From IMG/VR virus record IMGVR_UViG_3300020818_000003: DNA of 52,227 nucleotides. One strand, 5' to 3'. This document shows positions 1 through 7,969 of the stretch, piece after piece. Numbering within the stretch: position 1 is the stretch's first letter; the number at the start of each line of letters is the position of its first letter. The stretch comes from a virus. Made by a program: the position numbers and the translations under genes. Below the pieces are notes generated by a model. The model did no database searches. It saw nothing but the letters and a program-made list of their open reading frames with translations, and was not told the DNA's origin.

Positions 1-141
1 ACAAATCACCAGATGGAAAGAAACGATGATCCCCAAGATGGGAATGCTCCTGGCAGTTCTGGAATGGGGAGTAGAGGACGAGGAATTGTCGAAGCTGGCT
101 AAGTCAGTAGCGCGGTTACTCACAAAAGAAAACGCCCCGGA
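1..141. repeat. Terminal direct repeat (copy 1), circular-assembly overlap or terminal redundancy
   Basis: Exact identity of 1..141 with 52087..52227 (acaaatcaccagatggaaag...aaaacgccccgga). Confidence 0.95.
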
Positions 142-166
142 GTGCTTGGAACACTTCGAGGCGTAG
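2..166 (+). CDS. cII: CII transcriptional activator, C-terminal part (continues from 51974 across the circular junction)
   Basis: Frame continuous with 51974..52227. Reads ...SQITRWKETMIPKMGMLLAVLEWGVEDEELSKLAKSVARLLTKENAPECLEHFEA*. Compare lambda CII SQISRWKRDWIPKFSMLLAVLEWGV. Confidence 0.85.
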   Translation, partial: QITRWKETMIPKMGMLLAVLEWGVEDEELSKLAKSVARLLTKENAPECLEHFEA

Positions 167-191
167 TTGCAAATAACTGTTCATATTTACA
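124..191 (-). ncRNA. oop-like antisense RNA to the 3' end of cII (about 68 nt, ends approximate)
   Basis: A reverse-strand promoter (TTGAGT-N16-TATAAT) lies at 198..225. A reverse-strand imperfect hairpin (132..136/160..164 and 139..144/152..157) is followed by TTTTCTTTTG. Placement and size match lambda oop. Confidence 0.55.
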
Positions 192-197
192 GGAGTC

Positions 198-225
198 ATT
201 ATATGCAAAAGAGCAGAAAACTCAA
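198..225 (-). promoter_or_regulatory. Po-like promoter for the oop-like RNA
   Basis: Reverse strand reads TTGAGT (220..225), a 16-nt spacer, then a perfect TATAAT (198..203). Confidence 0.55.
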
Positions 226-361
226 GCAAGAAGAGGAGCGGCGTTATCCAGACTCACCCGATCCAATCGTAATGGCAGCCGCCACAAACAAGCCGTTCGC
301 TGAACGGTTTATTGGTTGTTTCAGACTGGCTAAAGCAGGGGTGAAGAATGGCCAACGTTAG
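203..361 (+). CDS. Hypothetical small protein (52 aa)
   Basis: AGGAG lies 8 nt upstream of the ATG at 203. The ORF overlaps the O-like start. No recognisable family. The ORF-track start at 167 has no RBS. Confidence 0.35.
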   Translation: MQKSRKLKQEEERRYPDSPDPIVMAAATNKPFAERFIGCFRLAKAGVKNGQR

Positions 362-1247
362 CAGTTTAGCCAAAGCACGCGAAGCCAGAAGGCCGCAGGA
401 GTCGCCAAACATTGGCGGTAAGGGGTATGCCTTGCTGCACCGTAAAATCACAGAGCTTCCGTTCTACAGGAACGATTCAGAAGCTGTTCATCTGTGGATT
501 CATATCATCCTGTCAGCTAACTATGCGCCCACTGTAGTGCCAACGGAGTTTGGTGACATGCTGTTGCGCCGTGGTGAGTTCATTACTGGCCGTAACAAGC
601 TGGAACTTGAGACAGGGGTTGATTGCAACCGCATTAAATACCTGCTCAATAAGTTCGAAAAGATGGGCATGATCAGCCGGATAACCACTAAGAAATTCAC
701 CCGGCTTTTCGTGGTGAAATACGACGATTATCAGCCAAATTTTGTGCCAACAGAATGCCAACAGAATGCCATCGCAAACCCAGAAACACCAAGGGCTAGC
801 GTGGAGGTTGTGCCATCAGAGTGCCAACAAAGTACCACAGCTAATGAATTAAATAATAACTCTATTACTAACGTAATAGAGAGTCCCTCAGTCATCGTTA
901 AAGCTGAAAAGAAAAAACCGTCATTCAGTTGTGAAGATGTTGTCTCTGCCTATCACGAGATTCTGCCTGAAGCGAAAGGCATCAGAGCACTCAGCGATAA
1001 GCGCCGTAATCTCATCAGAACCTTCTGGACGAAAGCCAGCAAGATAACTCGCCAACTGGATAGCGAGCCCTTCACTCTGGACAGCTGGAAAGCCTATCTG
1101 AAATACATCTCCACCAACTGCCGCTGGATGCTGGAAGACCGACCTGATAGTCGTTCTGGCAAGACGTGGCAGAAAAAGGGTCTGGAGTATTTCCTGAACG
1201 ACGAAACATACCTGCAGGTTCGGGAAGGAGACAAGGATGACAGATAA
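348..1247 (+). CDS. Replication initiator (lambda O / P22 gp18 position)
   Basis: 299 aa, the first large gene after cII. It contains an 11-bp iteron cluster and an AT-rich tract. Its stop overlaps the helicase start. Confidence 0.7.
   Translation: MANVSSLAKAREARRPQESPNIGGKGYALLHRKITELPFYRNDSEAVHLWIHIILSANYAPTVVPTEFGDMLLRRGEFITGRNKLELETGVDCNRIKYLLNKFEKMGMISRITTKKFTRLFVVKYDDYQPNFVPTECQQNAIANPETPRASVEVVPSECQQSTTANELNNNSITNVIESPSVIVKAEKKKPSFSCEDVVSAYHEILPEAKGIRALSDKRRNLIRTFWTKASKITRQLDSEPFTLDSWKAYLKYISTNCRWMLEDRPDSRSGKTWQKKGLEYFLNDETYLQVREGDKDDR
745..880. repeat. Candidate origin of replication: two clusters of tandem 11-bp iterons followed by an AT-rich tract
   Basis: Cluster 1: tgccaacagaa (745-755), tgccaacagaa (756-766), tgccatcgcaa (767-777). 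Cluster 2: tgccatcagag (811-821), tgccaacaaag (822-832), taccacagcta (833-843). The AT-rich tract ctaatgaattaaataataactctattactaacgtaatag follows. Confidence 0.6.
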
Positions 1248-2670
1248 CATCGTATTACCCCCGCACAGCATCGAGGCTGAGCAGAGCGTTCTGGGCGGCC
1301 TGATGCTTGATGACGGCAGCGACCGTTGCCTGAAAGTATTTTCCTTTCTCCGCGCTGAATCTTTTTACAGCCGACCACACCAAATCATCTACGAAGAGCT
1401 ACGGAGCCTTTCCCGGCAGCAGAAGCCTATTGACCTGCTAACCGTGTCTGACTCGCTGGAAGCGCATGGTGAGCTGGAATCGGTTGGTGGATTTGCCTAT
1501 CTGGCCGAGCTTCAGAAGCACACACCGAGCGCGGCAAATATCGTGAACTACGCCAACATCGTTCGCGACCGAGCCATGAAGCGTTACGGGATTGAGAAGG
1601 CCAACAAAATCACCGAGTTGTTCTACGCCAATGACGGCATGTCTGCTGAGCAGAAGTTTGAGGCAGCACAAGCCATCTTCACCCAGATGTCAGATCACGC
1701 ACGAACCGGTACACGGCGCGGGCTGAGGTCGTTTGGTGACGTTATGGATGACTGGATGTTAGATCTCGATAAGCGCTTCTCAACCACCGGAGAGGCTCGC
1801 GGATTGACCAGCGGCATTCCATCGCTCGACAGAATGCTTTCGCCGAAAGGTCTGGTTAATGGCTCGCTGTTCGTGATCGGTGCGCGGCCTAAGATGGGTA
1901 AAACCACCTTGTACTCGCAGATGGCTATCAACTGCGCCGTTCGTGAGAAGAAGCCTGCACTTCTTTTCAGTCTCGAAATGCCAGATGACCAAATCCTCGA
2001 AAAGCTGGTAGGGCAGAAGTCAGGCGTTAACCCGAACATTTTTTATCTGAACACCAGCGACGATGAAGAGTACCAGGGTGACTACGACGCAGACTTCAGC
2101 AAAGCCATGAACACCGCTACACGACTCCGCGAACTCGACCTGCTCTACATTGACGACACACCGGGATTGTCACTGGCACACATCGTTGCAGAAAGTCGAA
2201 ATGTTAAACGCCAGAAGGGTAGCGTTGGCATGGTTCTGGTGGACTACCTAACCCTGATGACCGCCGAGAAGGCAGACCGTAATGATCTGGCCTACGGCAT
2301 GATCACCAAAGGGCTCAAGAACCTCGCCAAAGAGCTTGGCTGCGTTGTTGTCCTGCTGACCCAGTTGAACCGTGAGTTGGAGAAGCGAGTAAATAAACGT
2401 CCACTACCAAGCGACAGCCGAGACACCGGTCAAATCGAACAGGACTGTGATTACTGGGTAGGCATTCATCGTGAAGGTGCATTCGATGAAAGCTTAAATC
2501 AGGAAGAAACAGAGCTGCTTCTCCGGCTCAATCGCCACGGCAAGACCGGCGTTATTTTCTGCCAGCAGCGCGATGGTGCCATTTACGACCTAGACCAGGT
2601 AGCAGCGCGTCGGGATCGAGATGAGCGAGAACAACTAAAGCAACCAGCAAAAAAGAAAGGTGGTTTCTGA
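1237..2670 (+). CDS. Replicative DNA helicase, DnaB family (P22 gp12-like)
   Basis: 477 aa. DnaB N-terminal signature PPHSIEAEQSVLGGLMLD, Walker A GARPKMGKT, and LLTQLNRELEKR. Confidence 0.9.
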   Translation: MTDNIVLPPHSIEAEQSVLGGLMLDDGSDRCLKVFSFLRAESFYSRPHQIIYEELRSLSRQQKPIDLLTVSDSLEAHGELESVGGFAYLAELQKHTPSAANIVNYANIVRDRAMKRYGIEKANKITELFYANDGMSAEQKFEAAQAIFTQMSDHARTGTRRGLRSFGDVMDDWMLDLDKRFSTTGEARGLTSGIPSLDRMLSPKGLVNGSLFVIGARPKMGKTTLYSQMAINCAVREKKPALLFSLEMPDDQILEKLVGQKSGVNPNIFYLNTSDDEEYQGDYDADFSKAMNTATRLRELDLLYIDDTPGLSLAHIVAESRNVKRQKGSVGMVLVDYLTLMTAEKADRNDLAYGMITKGLKNLAKELGCVVVLLTQLNRELEKRVNKRPLPSDSRDTGQIEQDCDYWVGIHREGAFDESLNQEETELLLRLNRHGKTGVIFCQQRDGAIYDLDQVAARRDRDEREQLKQPAKKKGGF

Positions 2671-2987
2671 TGGAAATGACAAACGAACAACTGAAAGCCG
2701 AAAACGAATTTCTGCGTAAACGAATCAAAGAAATTGACCTGATTTTTGGTAAGAACCTGTTGGCGATGCAGGCGCCCTGTATCGAGGCAGAGCACGGGGA
2801 AGGCGACAAGGCAGCGATGCAGTGGATTTTCAACACGCTTTTCGGCCCCGGTGAATTTGCTCCCGATGAAGAGAAAGACGCTCAGGCATATTTCAACCGC
2901 GAGGCAACAATCATCGATAAAGAATTGAATGAGGTTTACGACTGGTTCCACGAGCTGCGCAAGCGCGAACAGGCAGAGGTGAAGTGA
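2670..2987 (+). CDS. Hypothetical protein (nin-region)
   Basis: 105 aa, tightly packed with its neighbours (TGATG overlaps). Confidence 0.6.
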   Translation: MEMTNEQLKAENEFLRKRIKEIDLIFGKNLLAMQAPCIEAEHGEGDKAAMQWIFNTLFGPGEFAPDEEKDAQAYFNREATIIDKELNEVYDWFHELRKREQAEVK

Positions 2988-3277
2988 TGGACAGCAACAG
3001 AAAATCATTTGAGGCGGAATATTCAAAGGTAATGGGCACACCTATCACTGTCTTGCGCAACTTAAGGGATGGAGAATGCTATAGAGAAACCGAGGGGGAT
3101 CGTCTTTCCCTGTCATGGGTAATGTGGAAACAATCCCGCTCGGCAATTGAAATTGAGTTGCCTGATGGTGAAATTCAATTAACTACAGGCCGCGGCCAAA
3201 AGGTAATGATGCCGGCTCATGACGTAGTGAAGGCCATCACCTCCCACGGAATCAGAATTAAGGGGAAGACGGAATGA
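2987..3277 (+). CDS. Hypothetical protein
   Basis: The ATG at 2987 overlaps the upstream stop (TGATG). GAGGTG lies 6 nt upstream. GTG at 2984 is an alternative start. Confidence 0.6.
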   Translation: MDSNRKSFEAEYSKVMGTPITVLRNLRDGECYRETEGDRLSLSWVMWKQSRSAIEIELPDGEIQLTTGRGQKVMMPAHDVVKAITSHGIRIKGKTE

Positions 3278-3483
3278 AAGAAGAAATGATGTACATGCCA
3301 AAGGAAGTGACTGACACCTTCATGATTAACCCTGATGACTTCGAAAAATTCAAGGCAATAAAGCCAGCCCTAGCAGCTCATGGCGTAGATATGATTTGCG
3401 ACAGCATGGTTGAGCCAGGGAAATTAATCGCAACGGGACGAAAGGCATCGGAGCTTGCAAAAATGATTGGAGGAATTGCGTGA
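3274..3483 (+). CDS. Hypothetical protein
   Basis: 69 aa, with an ATGA overlap with the upstream gene. Confidence 0.6.
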   Translation: MKEEMMYMPKEVTDTFMINPDDFEKFKAIKPALAAHGVDMICDSMVEPGKLIATGRKASELAKMIGGIA

Positions 3484-4136
3484 TGAATAACGATTTAGAG
3501 CAGTTCAGCGAAGAAAGGCTGATGGAACTGATACACGAATCATCCAAACCAGAAATTGAGGCACTCGCCCGCATAGCCTTAGCAGTAAAGCAGGCCAGGC
3601 CAGTGGCTCAAGTTTATCAGCCAGCTAACATTGGAATCTGTGCGGCGCTGGGGCCAGCAATCCGCATGATTAATGTTGGACTGCCAGCCGGCACACTTCT
3701 CTACACCACCCCACAGCCAGCCCATACAGAGCAGGATGGTTGGGTTTCTATTCCGAAAGACATGCTTGCTGATTATCGCGACGTGAAGAATGGAGAAGTT
3801 CAAGCCTATAAAGCGTCATTCGGCAGTTATTGCGATATCCCGGGTTCTCGCTGGCAAAAAGAACTCGCCGATTTAACGGAAGAACTCGCGGAAATCGACA
3901 AATTAATCGCAGCCGCACCTAAACCTAATGTCAACCTCACTGGTGAGGGTGACAAATCAGATGGGTGGATTAAGTGCAGCGAGCGAATGCCCCAAAACAA
4001 TGAGCAAGTTTTGACGTGGAACGGGCAGTACAAAGCAACTGATTTATTCTTGGCTGGAGGCTTCATGTGCAACAAGCCAAAGATAATTACCCACTGGATG
4101 CCACTACCCGCCGCCCCTAAACCGGAGAGTGAATGA
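3483..4136 (+). CDS. DUF551-type C-terminal domain protein
   Basis: The C-terminus WIKCSERMPQNNEQVLTW...ITHWMPLPAAPKPE resembles the DUF551 pattern common in lambdoid nin regions. GGAGG lies upstream. Confidence 0.6.
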   Translation: MNNDLEQFSEERLMELIHESSKPEIEALARIALAVKQARPVAQVYQPANIGICAALGPAIRMINVGLPAGTLLYTTPQPAHTEQDGWVSIPKDMLADYRDVKNGEVQAYKASFGSYCDIPGSRWQKELADLTEELAEIDKLIAAAPKPNVNLTGEGDKSDGWIKCSERMPQNNEQVLTWNGQYKATDLFLAGGFMCNKPKIITHWMPLPAAPKPESE

Positions 4137-4336
4137 TGATGGACATCAACAAAGTTAGTCGAGCACTTCACGCGCTGAACATGATGTATCAGCCTGCATT
4201 CTTCACGCTTGGCGTTGCTTCGTGCTTAAAGCAATTCAAAACATACAGGCGGCTTAGCAATCATTTTCTGCGAAAGTCTCTCCATACAAAATGCCGCGCA
4301 CTCATAGAACACGACAGGGTGCTCACAGGTAGGTGA
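4133..4336 (+). CDS. Hypothetical basic protein
   Basis: 67 aa, with an ATGA overlap with the upstream stop. Confidence 0.45.
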   Translation: MMMDINKVSRALHALNMMYQPAFFTLGVASCLKQFKTYRRLSNHFLRKSLHTKCRALIEHDRVLTGR

Positions 4337-4339
4337 CAA

Positions 4340-4777
4340 ATGGATAAACAAACGTTTTTCCTCCGCAATGAACAAGTCCGAAGAAACCTGATAGAAGCAA
4401 TAAACAAACTCCCCCTCGACGACCAGCGCCCCATCACCGTAAACCTCACTGAATTTGACCGCTCACTCCTTCAGAACAGCTTATTCCATGCGCTTTGTGG
4501 CGACGTGGCTAAGCAGGCTATCTGGATGGAGAAGCCGCGCAATCTTATTCAGTGGAAAACCCTGTTCGTGTCTGGTCATGCAATGGCAACCGGTTTGGGT
4601 GCGGAGATAGTGCCTGGATTAGAGGGTGAGTTCTGCAATATCAGGGAATCGACGGCAAAGATGGGCATGAAACGCATGGCGAGCCTCATCGAATATTCGC
4701 AAGCATGGGCGGTTGGCAGTGGTGTCAAGCTGCGTGAGGTTCGTTACACAAATGACTACTTCGGAAGGGCAGCATAA
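4340..4777 (+). CDS. ninB: NinB (Orf-family recombination mediator)
   Basis: 145 aa. Aligns by eye with lambda NinB (DRSLLQN vs NRSLDQN, LCGDVAKQ vs CLGDVSRQ, C-terminal ...GRAA vs ...DRAA). Confidence 0.8.
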   Translation: MDKQTFFLRNEQVRRNLIEAINKLPLDDQRPITVNLTEFDRSLLQNSLFHALCGDVAKQAIWMEKPRNLIQWKTLFVSGHAMATGLGAEIVPGLEGEFCNIRESTAKMGMKRMASLIEYSQAWAVGSGVKLREVRYTNDYFGRAA

Positions 4778-4887
4778 TGATTGAAGCAACACTAAGAGGT
4801 CTTGCAGTCATCGGCATCTTTGCCGTGCTGCTGATAATCGTCACCTGCGCATCGGTTACGATTAATCGAATCAGGAGGAAAGCCTGA
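4777..4887 (+). CDS. Small single-pass membrane protein (36 aa)
   Basis: MIEATLRGLAVIGIFAVLLIIVTCASVTINRIRRKA. TAATG and TGATG overlaps on both sides. Below the ORF-track cutoff. Confidence 0.5.
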   Translation: MIEATLRGLAVIGIFAVLLIIVTCASVTINRIRRKA

Positions 4888-5327
4888 TGGGTAAAGTAAA
4901 CGTCGAACGCACAAACGAATACCGGCATGTAGTCCAGCAGTACATCAAAGAGCATCCCGGCAGCCAGACCAATCAAATCAGCAAAATCCTTCATGTAGGC
5001 CATCGCAGAGCAAGCACAATCCTGATGATGCTGGCTAACTGCGGAGATATTTACCGCGCCGGTCACCATAACGTTACGCGTTACTGGATAAGCGCAGCGG
5101 CCTGCAAGAAAGACGGAGTTTGTGTTGACGCTGAGCAGGAGACTTTTGAAAGCAAGAGTAAGGCCACAAGCTCTCGATACAACCAGCACAGACGGACATC
5201 TTGCAGTTCACTGGTATTTCTCAGCAGGCGCAGGCCGGAAGGCATCAACACCATATTCGAAGAATGCAAACTTAACAGCCAGATATTGCCGGTGCTTCAG
5301 GTGATGGCAAGGCGGCTCTATGGCTAA
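4887..5327 (+). CDS. Hypothetical protein, possible winged-helix N-terminus
   Basis: 146 aa. QTNQISKILHVGHRRASTILMMLANCGDI resembles an HTH motif. Confidence 0.5.
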   Translation: MGKVNVERTNEYRHVVQQYIKEHPGSQTNQISKILHVGHRRASTILMMLANCGDIYRAGHHNVTRYWISAAACKKDGVCVDAEQETFESKSKATSSRYNQHRRTSCSSLVFLSRRRPEGINTIFEECKLNSQILPVLQVMARRLYG

Positions 5328-5523
5328 ATCAACATGGTTCACTCACGAAATCATGCCCACCCAGCAAGCCGAAGACCTCATCAAGCAGTACACCATCCGA
5401 AACATCCAAACGCAAAAGCAACTATCCGCTGATTACACAGGCTGGTACGTCCCTGCTTTGTTACCTGAATACAGCAATGAACCACACCAAAGCCGGACTT
5501 GGCAGAACTCTATGTGGAGATAA
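5320..5523 (+). CDS. Hypothetical protein
   Basis: 67 aa, overlaps the upstream stop. Confidence 0.5.
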   Translation: MAKSTWFTHEIMPTQQAEDLIKQYTIRNIQTQKQLSADYTGWYVPALLPEYSNEPHQSRTWQNSMWR

Positions 5524-5526
5524 ATC

Positions 5527-5850
5527 ATGATTTATAAACGCGGATGGCAAAGAACCATCAGTCAGTATGAATTGCAGAGAAAGCTTGAGGAAGAAGACAT
5601 TCCTGACGCCAGAAAAATATCGATGATCATCTGCGGTGATTACGACTCTAACTGGCATGAATTCACGCTCATCGACAATACGTGGGATACGGGTGCTGAC
5701 ACCACCATTTTGCAGCGCATAAACAGGCTATGGTTCGTGCCTCTTTACCTGCTCACAATCCCATTCCAGTGGCTGTTCAGAGGCGAGGTAGGCATGCGCA
5801 ATGAATCCAAGATGGCAAAAATCATGTCAAAGCTGACGGGGCTGCAATGA
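5527..5850 (+). CDS. Hypothetical protein with a hydrophobic segment
   Basis: 107 aa. LWFVPLYLLTIPFQWLF is a putative TM segment. Confidence 0.55.
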   Translation: MIYKRGWQRTISQYELQRKLEEEDIPDARKISMIICGDYDSNWHEFTLIDNTWDTGADTTILQRINRLWFVPLYLLTIPFQWLFRGEVGMRNESKMAKIMSKLTGLQ

Positions 5851-6014
5851 AAACGCCGCCTGATGACCAACCAGTCTGCCAGGGCTGCGGCGTACCACTA
5901 AGCCCAGACGAAAATTACTGCTGCGAAGACTGCACAGATTGGTGGGCGCTAAACGGCGTTGAGGCTTCTGAACATCTGAGGAGTGAGAGTGATGAAATTA
6001 CCCAGAAGCCGTAA
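5847..6014 (+). CDS. Small Cys-rich (zinc-ribbon-like) protein, 55 aa
   Basis: MKTPPDDQPVCQGCGVPLSPDENYCCEDCTDWW... ATGA overlap upstream. Its 3' end overlaps the ninG start. Confidence 0.45.
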   Translation: MKTPPDDQPVCQGCGVPLSPDENYCCEDCTDWWALNGVEASEHLRSESDEITQKP

Positions 6015-6594
6015 CTGCAAAATATGCAAAAAACGATTCAAGCCAGCCACTCTGTACGACTGGTGGTGCAGTGAAGAACACAAGGAAGAGCTAATCACCA
6101 AGTTAGCAACCGAAGCCCGACAGAAGCGCACACAGCAACAGGAACGACAGCGGAAGGAAACCACCCAGCAGGAACGACGAAGCCTCAAGATTCGAAAGCT
6201 CGCAGTAAAACCCCTCAGTTACTTCGCAAAACAAGCCCAGACAGAATTCAACGCCTTCATCAGAGAACGTGACGCAGACCTTCCATGCATCAGCTGCGGA
6301 CGCTTCCATGATGGGCAGTACCACGCCGGGCATTACCGAACAGTAGGCGCAAACCCAGAGCTGAGGTTCAACGAAGATAACTGCCACAAACAGTGTTCAC
6401 CTTGCAACAACCACCTGTCCGGAAACATCGAAAACTACACCCCAGCAATCAGAGCAAAGATTGGCGAGCAGGCCTATCAGTTGCTAATGGGTGCACACGA
6501 GCCGCAACGGTACCGGCGTGAAGATTTCGAGCGAATCAGGGGTGAGTACAAAGCTAAGCGTAAGGCACTCAAGAAACTATCGGAGGCAGCATGA
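5992..6594 (+). CDS. ninG: NinG / Rap recombination endonuclease
   Basis: Aligns by eye with lambda NinG (LKIRKLAVKP, FIRERDADLPCISCG, AGHYR, LRFNEDNCHKQCSPCN, C-terminal SEAA). GAGGAG lies upstream of the ATG at 5992. Confidence 0.85.
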   Translation: MKLPRSRNCKICKKRFKPATLYDWWCSEEHKEELITKLATEARQKRTQQQERQRKETTQQERRSLKIRKLAVKPLSYFAKQAQTEFNAFIRERDADLPCISCGRFHDGQYHAGHYRTVGANPELRFNEDNCHKQCSPCNNHLSGNIENYTPAIRAKIGEQAYQLLMGAHEPQRYRREDFERIRGEYKAKRKALKKLSEAA

Positions 6595-6791
6595 TCACCT
6601 TAGAAGACGTTCTCCATGGCGGCTATCAGCATTTAGCCCGGGAGATGTTCGATACCCAAAAGTGTCCATTCTGTCACGGCATCGGCACGGTAGCTTTCTA
6701 TCCGATGTACAGCAGTTCATCCCATACATCCGTAGCAGAGCGCAGGCCATGCACTGAATGCTCCGGAACCGGGCGGAGGCTAAAGCCATGA
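6591..6791 (+). CDS. Small DnaJ-type zinc-finger protein
   Basis: 66 aa with two CxxCxGxG motifs (CPFCHGIG, CTECSGTG). ATGA overlap. Confidence 0.55.
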   Translation: MITLEDVLHGGYQHLAREMFDTQKCPFCHGIGTVAFYPMYSSSSHTSVAERRPCTECSGTGRRLKP

Positions 6792-6967
6792 GTATTCAAA
6801 ACACCATAGCTCTACTCGCAATGTACCGACCGCGCAACGTTGCAGCAGTGCGCACACCCTCCGGCATTGTCTTCATGGGCGCTCGCAATCTCAAGCCATC
6901 CGAGAAGAAAGCCCTACTGGCAATTCCTCAGAGTGAGCTGGATGCAGCTATCAGGTGGCAGAAATGA
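6788..6967 (+). CDS. Hypothetical protein
   Basis: The ATG at 6788 overlaps the upstream stop (ATGA). 59 aa. Confidence 0.5.
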   Translation: MSIQNTIALLAMYRPRNVAAVRTPSGIVFMGARNLKPSEKKALLAIPQSELDAAIRWQK

Positions 6968-7098
6968 CCCAATACGACAAACACGAACTATCCCGCCTCA
7001 GCGAAGAAGAAAAGCAGCTCGAACAAAAGCTAAATCGTGTTCGAGAGCGGCGCCGCGAAATCATCAACAGGTCAGATGCCAATAAGGTGAAGGTATGA
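6964..7098 (+). CDS. Small coiled-coil protein (44 aa)
   Basis: MTQYDKHELSRLSEEEKQLEQKLNRVRERRREIINRSDANKVKV. ATGA overlaps on both sides. Confidence 0.45.
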   Translation: MTQYDKHELSRLSEEEKQLEQKLNRVRERRREIINRSDANKVKV

Positions 7099-7928
7099 AC
7101 CTTGAATCAACGGTCAAATATCATTTTGCCAAAACGGCAAACTATACCGGAATGCCACCCGCAACGAAGTCTGACGCATTAACCGGCACAGATAATATGG
7201 CAGCCATGGGAATGGTTCAGTCTATTGCGCCGATGGGATTCAGCGCTTTTATGGGTAAGGTTGGAGTAAGCAAAAACGACGCTGAACGCGCCGTCTCATT
7301 GTTAACAGAATATGCATTACAAACTTGCGATAAGGTTGCAGCCTTACGCAAACTCGATAGCGATATTAAGCCAGCAGTTGCGCAAACTCTCGCAACTTAT
7401 GCCTACCTGGATTATTGCCGGGCAGCGTCCAGCAAGAAGCCTTGCGAATGCTGTAACGGTGAGGGATTCACTGACGCTGAGGTATTCACTACCAAATCAC
7501 ACACTCCCTTTGTTGCTCAGGACGTAATGCGAACCTCAATAAAATGGGGAGCGAAGGGCGTAATACCATCGGAATACGAAGTGCGCCGAGAGATTCGCGA
7601 GCAAGTGAGGGTATTGTGCAAAGAGTGCAATGGAAAAGGCACACTATCAACTGCATGTAGCGACTGCCGGGGTCGAGGTGAGGCTGTAGACCGAGAGGAA
7701 ACTAAGCGGCAGGGCGTACCGGTGAAGTGCAAATGCAAGCGGTGTAACAGTCGAGGTTTCGAGAGAATCCTGTCGACTGATGTCCACCGCGCAGTTTGTC
7801 AAATTACCGATGCGATCACCCTGGATACTTGGAAGAAGTCAGTTAAGCCGTTCTACGACGGACTTTCAACAAAGTTAGAAATTGAAGAGGAGTGGGCTAA
7901 TTCGGCACTGAAGAAGGTCACTCAGTGA
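7095..7928 (+). CDS. Q: Late-gene antiterminator Q (zinc-finger-rich type)
   Basis: 277 aa, the last gene of the nin operon. Four CxxCxGxG-like motifs (CECCNGEG, CKECNGKG, CSDCRGRG, CKRCNSRG). The N-terminus MNLES... resembles prophage Q homologues as I recall them. Confidence 0.65.
   Translation: MNLESTVKYHFAKTANYTGMPPATKSDALTGTDNMAAMGMVQSIAPMGFSAFMGKVGVSKNDAERAVSLLTEYALQTCDKVAALRKLDSDIKPAVAQTLATYAYLDYCRAASSKKPCECCNGEGFTDAEVFTTKSHTPFVAQDVMRTSIKWGAKGVIPSEYEVRREIREQVRVLCKECNGKGTLSTACSDCRGRGEAVDREETKRQGVPVKCKCKRCNSRGFERILSTDVHRAVCQITDAITLDTWKKSVKPFYDGLSTKLEIEEEWANSALKKVTQ
7363..7395 (-). promoter_or_regulatory. PaQ-like CII-dependent antisense promoter inside Q
   Basis: Reverse strand reads TTGC-GAGAGT-TTGC (7382..7395), a 13-nt spacer, then TAATAT (7363..7368). 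Same architecture as the PRE candidate and as lambda PRE. Confidence 0.6.
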
Positions 7929-7939
7929 CAAGCAAGGAG

Positions 7940-7958
7940 CCCTCTTCGGAGGGTTTTT
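7940..7958 (+). terminator. Intrinsic terminator just after Q
   Basis: ccctc-ttcg-gaggg followed by ttttt. Confidence 0.7.
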
Positions 7959-7969
7959 GCTTCATTGGC

